Origin: Spirochaetia bacterium
GTDB lineage: Bacteria; Spirochaetota; Spirochaetia; SZUA-6; Bin103
Direction of reading: 5' to 3'
NCBI GenBank assembly: GCA_965203055.1
Contig: OZ241863.1
Location: forward strand, 992,001 to 1,056,000
DNA length: 64,000 nucleotides
The position numbers and the translations under genes are program-made. The notes beneath the pieces were generated by a model that did not search any database, had not been told where the DNA came from, and saw nothing but the letters and a program-made list of their open reading frames with translations. Shown piece after piece: positions 63,160 through 64,000 of this stretch (position 1 is its first letter; each line of letters starts with the position of its first letter).

Positions 63160-64000
63160 CTACCCGTCACCCTGCCAGAGCAGGACCTGGCGGGCTGTGG
63201 GGGCCGCGGCGTGACCCCGCAGATGATTCTGGAGCGATTCGAGCGTGGCGCGCTCGTCGGAGCCGCTCTCGGTCAGCTCGATGATTGCCTGCACGACGCG
63301 GGCGAACAGTTCGTGGCGCCACAGGCCGCGCGCCTCCAGGTAGCCGTCCACCCGGCTCTGCTCGCCGGTCTTCCAGAGTTGCATCACCTTGTGGACGCAA
63401 TCGATCAGCGGCGGCGGGCTGCCGTCAGCGCCGGACTCGCCGAGGTCGCGGGCGCGGCGCTGGTGCCACGGCTTGAGGCGCGCCGCGCTGCCGGAGACAG
63501 CTTCGGCGGCGTCCGCTTCTTCATCGGCCGGCGTTGCGCGGCCGCCGCGGATCAGCAGGGCGAGGCGTCCGGCAAGGTCGGCGTCCGACAGATTGCAGGA
63601 GAGGGCGTAGAGGATGCAAGCGCCGGCCGGCGCTGCGCCGAGGCCGAAGTCGTTGCGGTGCAGCAGGTAGTAGGTGGTCAGGTCGTCCAGCTCGCCGGCC
63701 GCGGCGCTGTCGCGGCCAAGCAGCCGGCTCACCACGAAGCCGACGACCATGCGCCGCACGCGGCGCAGGAACGCGGCCACGGTCAGCACCTGACCGGGAG
63801 CGTCCGCCCGCTTCACCACGGGATGCCGGCTGAACGCTTCCAGCGCCGGTCCGGTGGCGGCCCACACGAAGTCCGGCCCGCGGATGCCGGCGTCCCAGAA
63901 GCCGCGCAGCCGCTCGGTGATGTTGTCCTGCATCTCGCCCAGCACCCTGCCATCCCAGCCGGGGCGGGCGGCGGCGGGCCGCTTTTTGCAAACCAGCCAG
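63160..64000 (-). CDS. DUF1156-family adenine DNA methylase, C-terminal part (5' partial)
   Basis: Frame open to the window end: WLVCKKRP...GW...FWDAGIRGPDFVWAATGPALEAFS...LD..TTYYLL...LIDCVH. Confidence 0.75.
   Translation of the reverse strand, partial: WLVCKKRPAAARPGWDGRVLGEMQDNITERLRGFWDAGIRGPDFVWAATGPALEAFSRHPVVKRADAPGQVLTVAAFLRRVRRMVVGFVVSRLLGRDSAAAGELDDLTTYYLLHRNDFGLGAAPAGACILYALSCNLSDADLAGRLALLIRGGRATPADEEADAAEAVSGSAARLKPWHQRRARDLGESGADGSPPPLIDCVHKVMQLWKTGEQSRVDGYLEARGLWRHELFARVVQAIIELTESGSDERATLESLQNHLRGHAAAPTARQVLLWQGDG

Overview
Very GC-rich bacterial DNA, about 70% by eye. It is probably from a Spirochaetota/Spirochaetaceae-type organism, inferred from the 'AFASG' signal on a solute-binding protein, a Gx transporter next to metK, and a TM2-wHTH module. 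1-24 kb is mostly carbohydrate and housekeeping genes: a likely apiose isomerase/apulose kinase pair, two sugar ABC systems, an enolase-family dehydratase, murA, an inositol-type dehydrogenase, tRNA-Gln(CTG), a MutS-V protein, PhyH, a proline racemase and metK. It is interrupted by a Schlafen/AlbA_2-HATPase plus ParA-like module. 24.7-44 kb holds a Uma2 / N4-C methylase / frameshifted XcyI-like restriction cassette, mfd, a YknWXYZ-like ABC exporter, DUF262, two AAA-DUF4143 ATPases with AT-rich upstream palindromes, Lon-N, GNAT, GH3 and a lipoate ligase. 45.6-64 kb is an accessory defence island. It carries a Shango-like TerB/P-loop/Lhr operon whose TerB subunit is fused to a TM2+winged-helix module, a CotH kinase, pseudogene debris and an orphan phage-like protein with a 474-bp tandem duplication. 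It ends with a DUF1156 methylase-DUF499 operon containing a lower-GC ABC-ATPase/TOPRIM-like (MAD3/MAD4-like) pair. Several genes show a -10 box 6 nt before the start codon, suggesting leaderless mRNAs. All family assignments come from motif recognition, not database searches.
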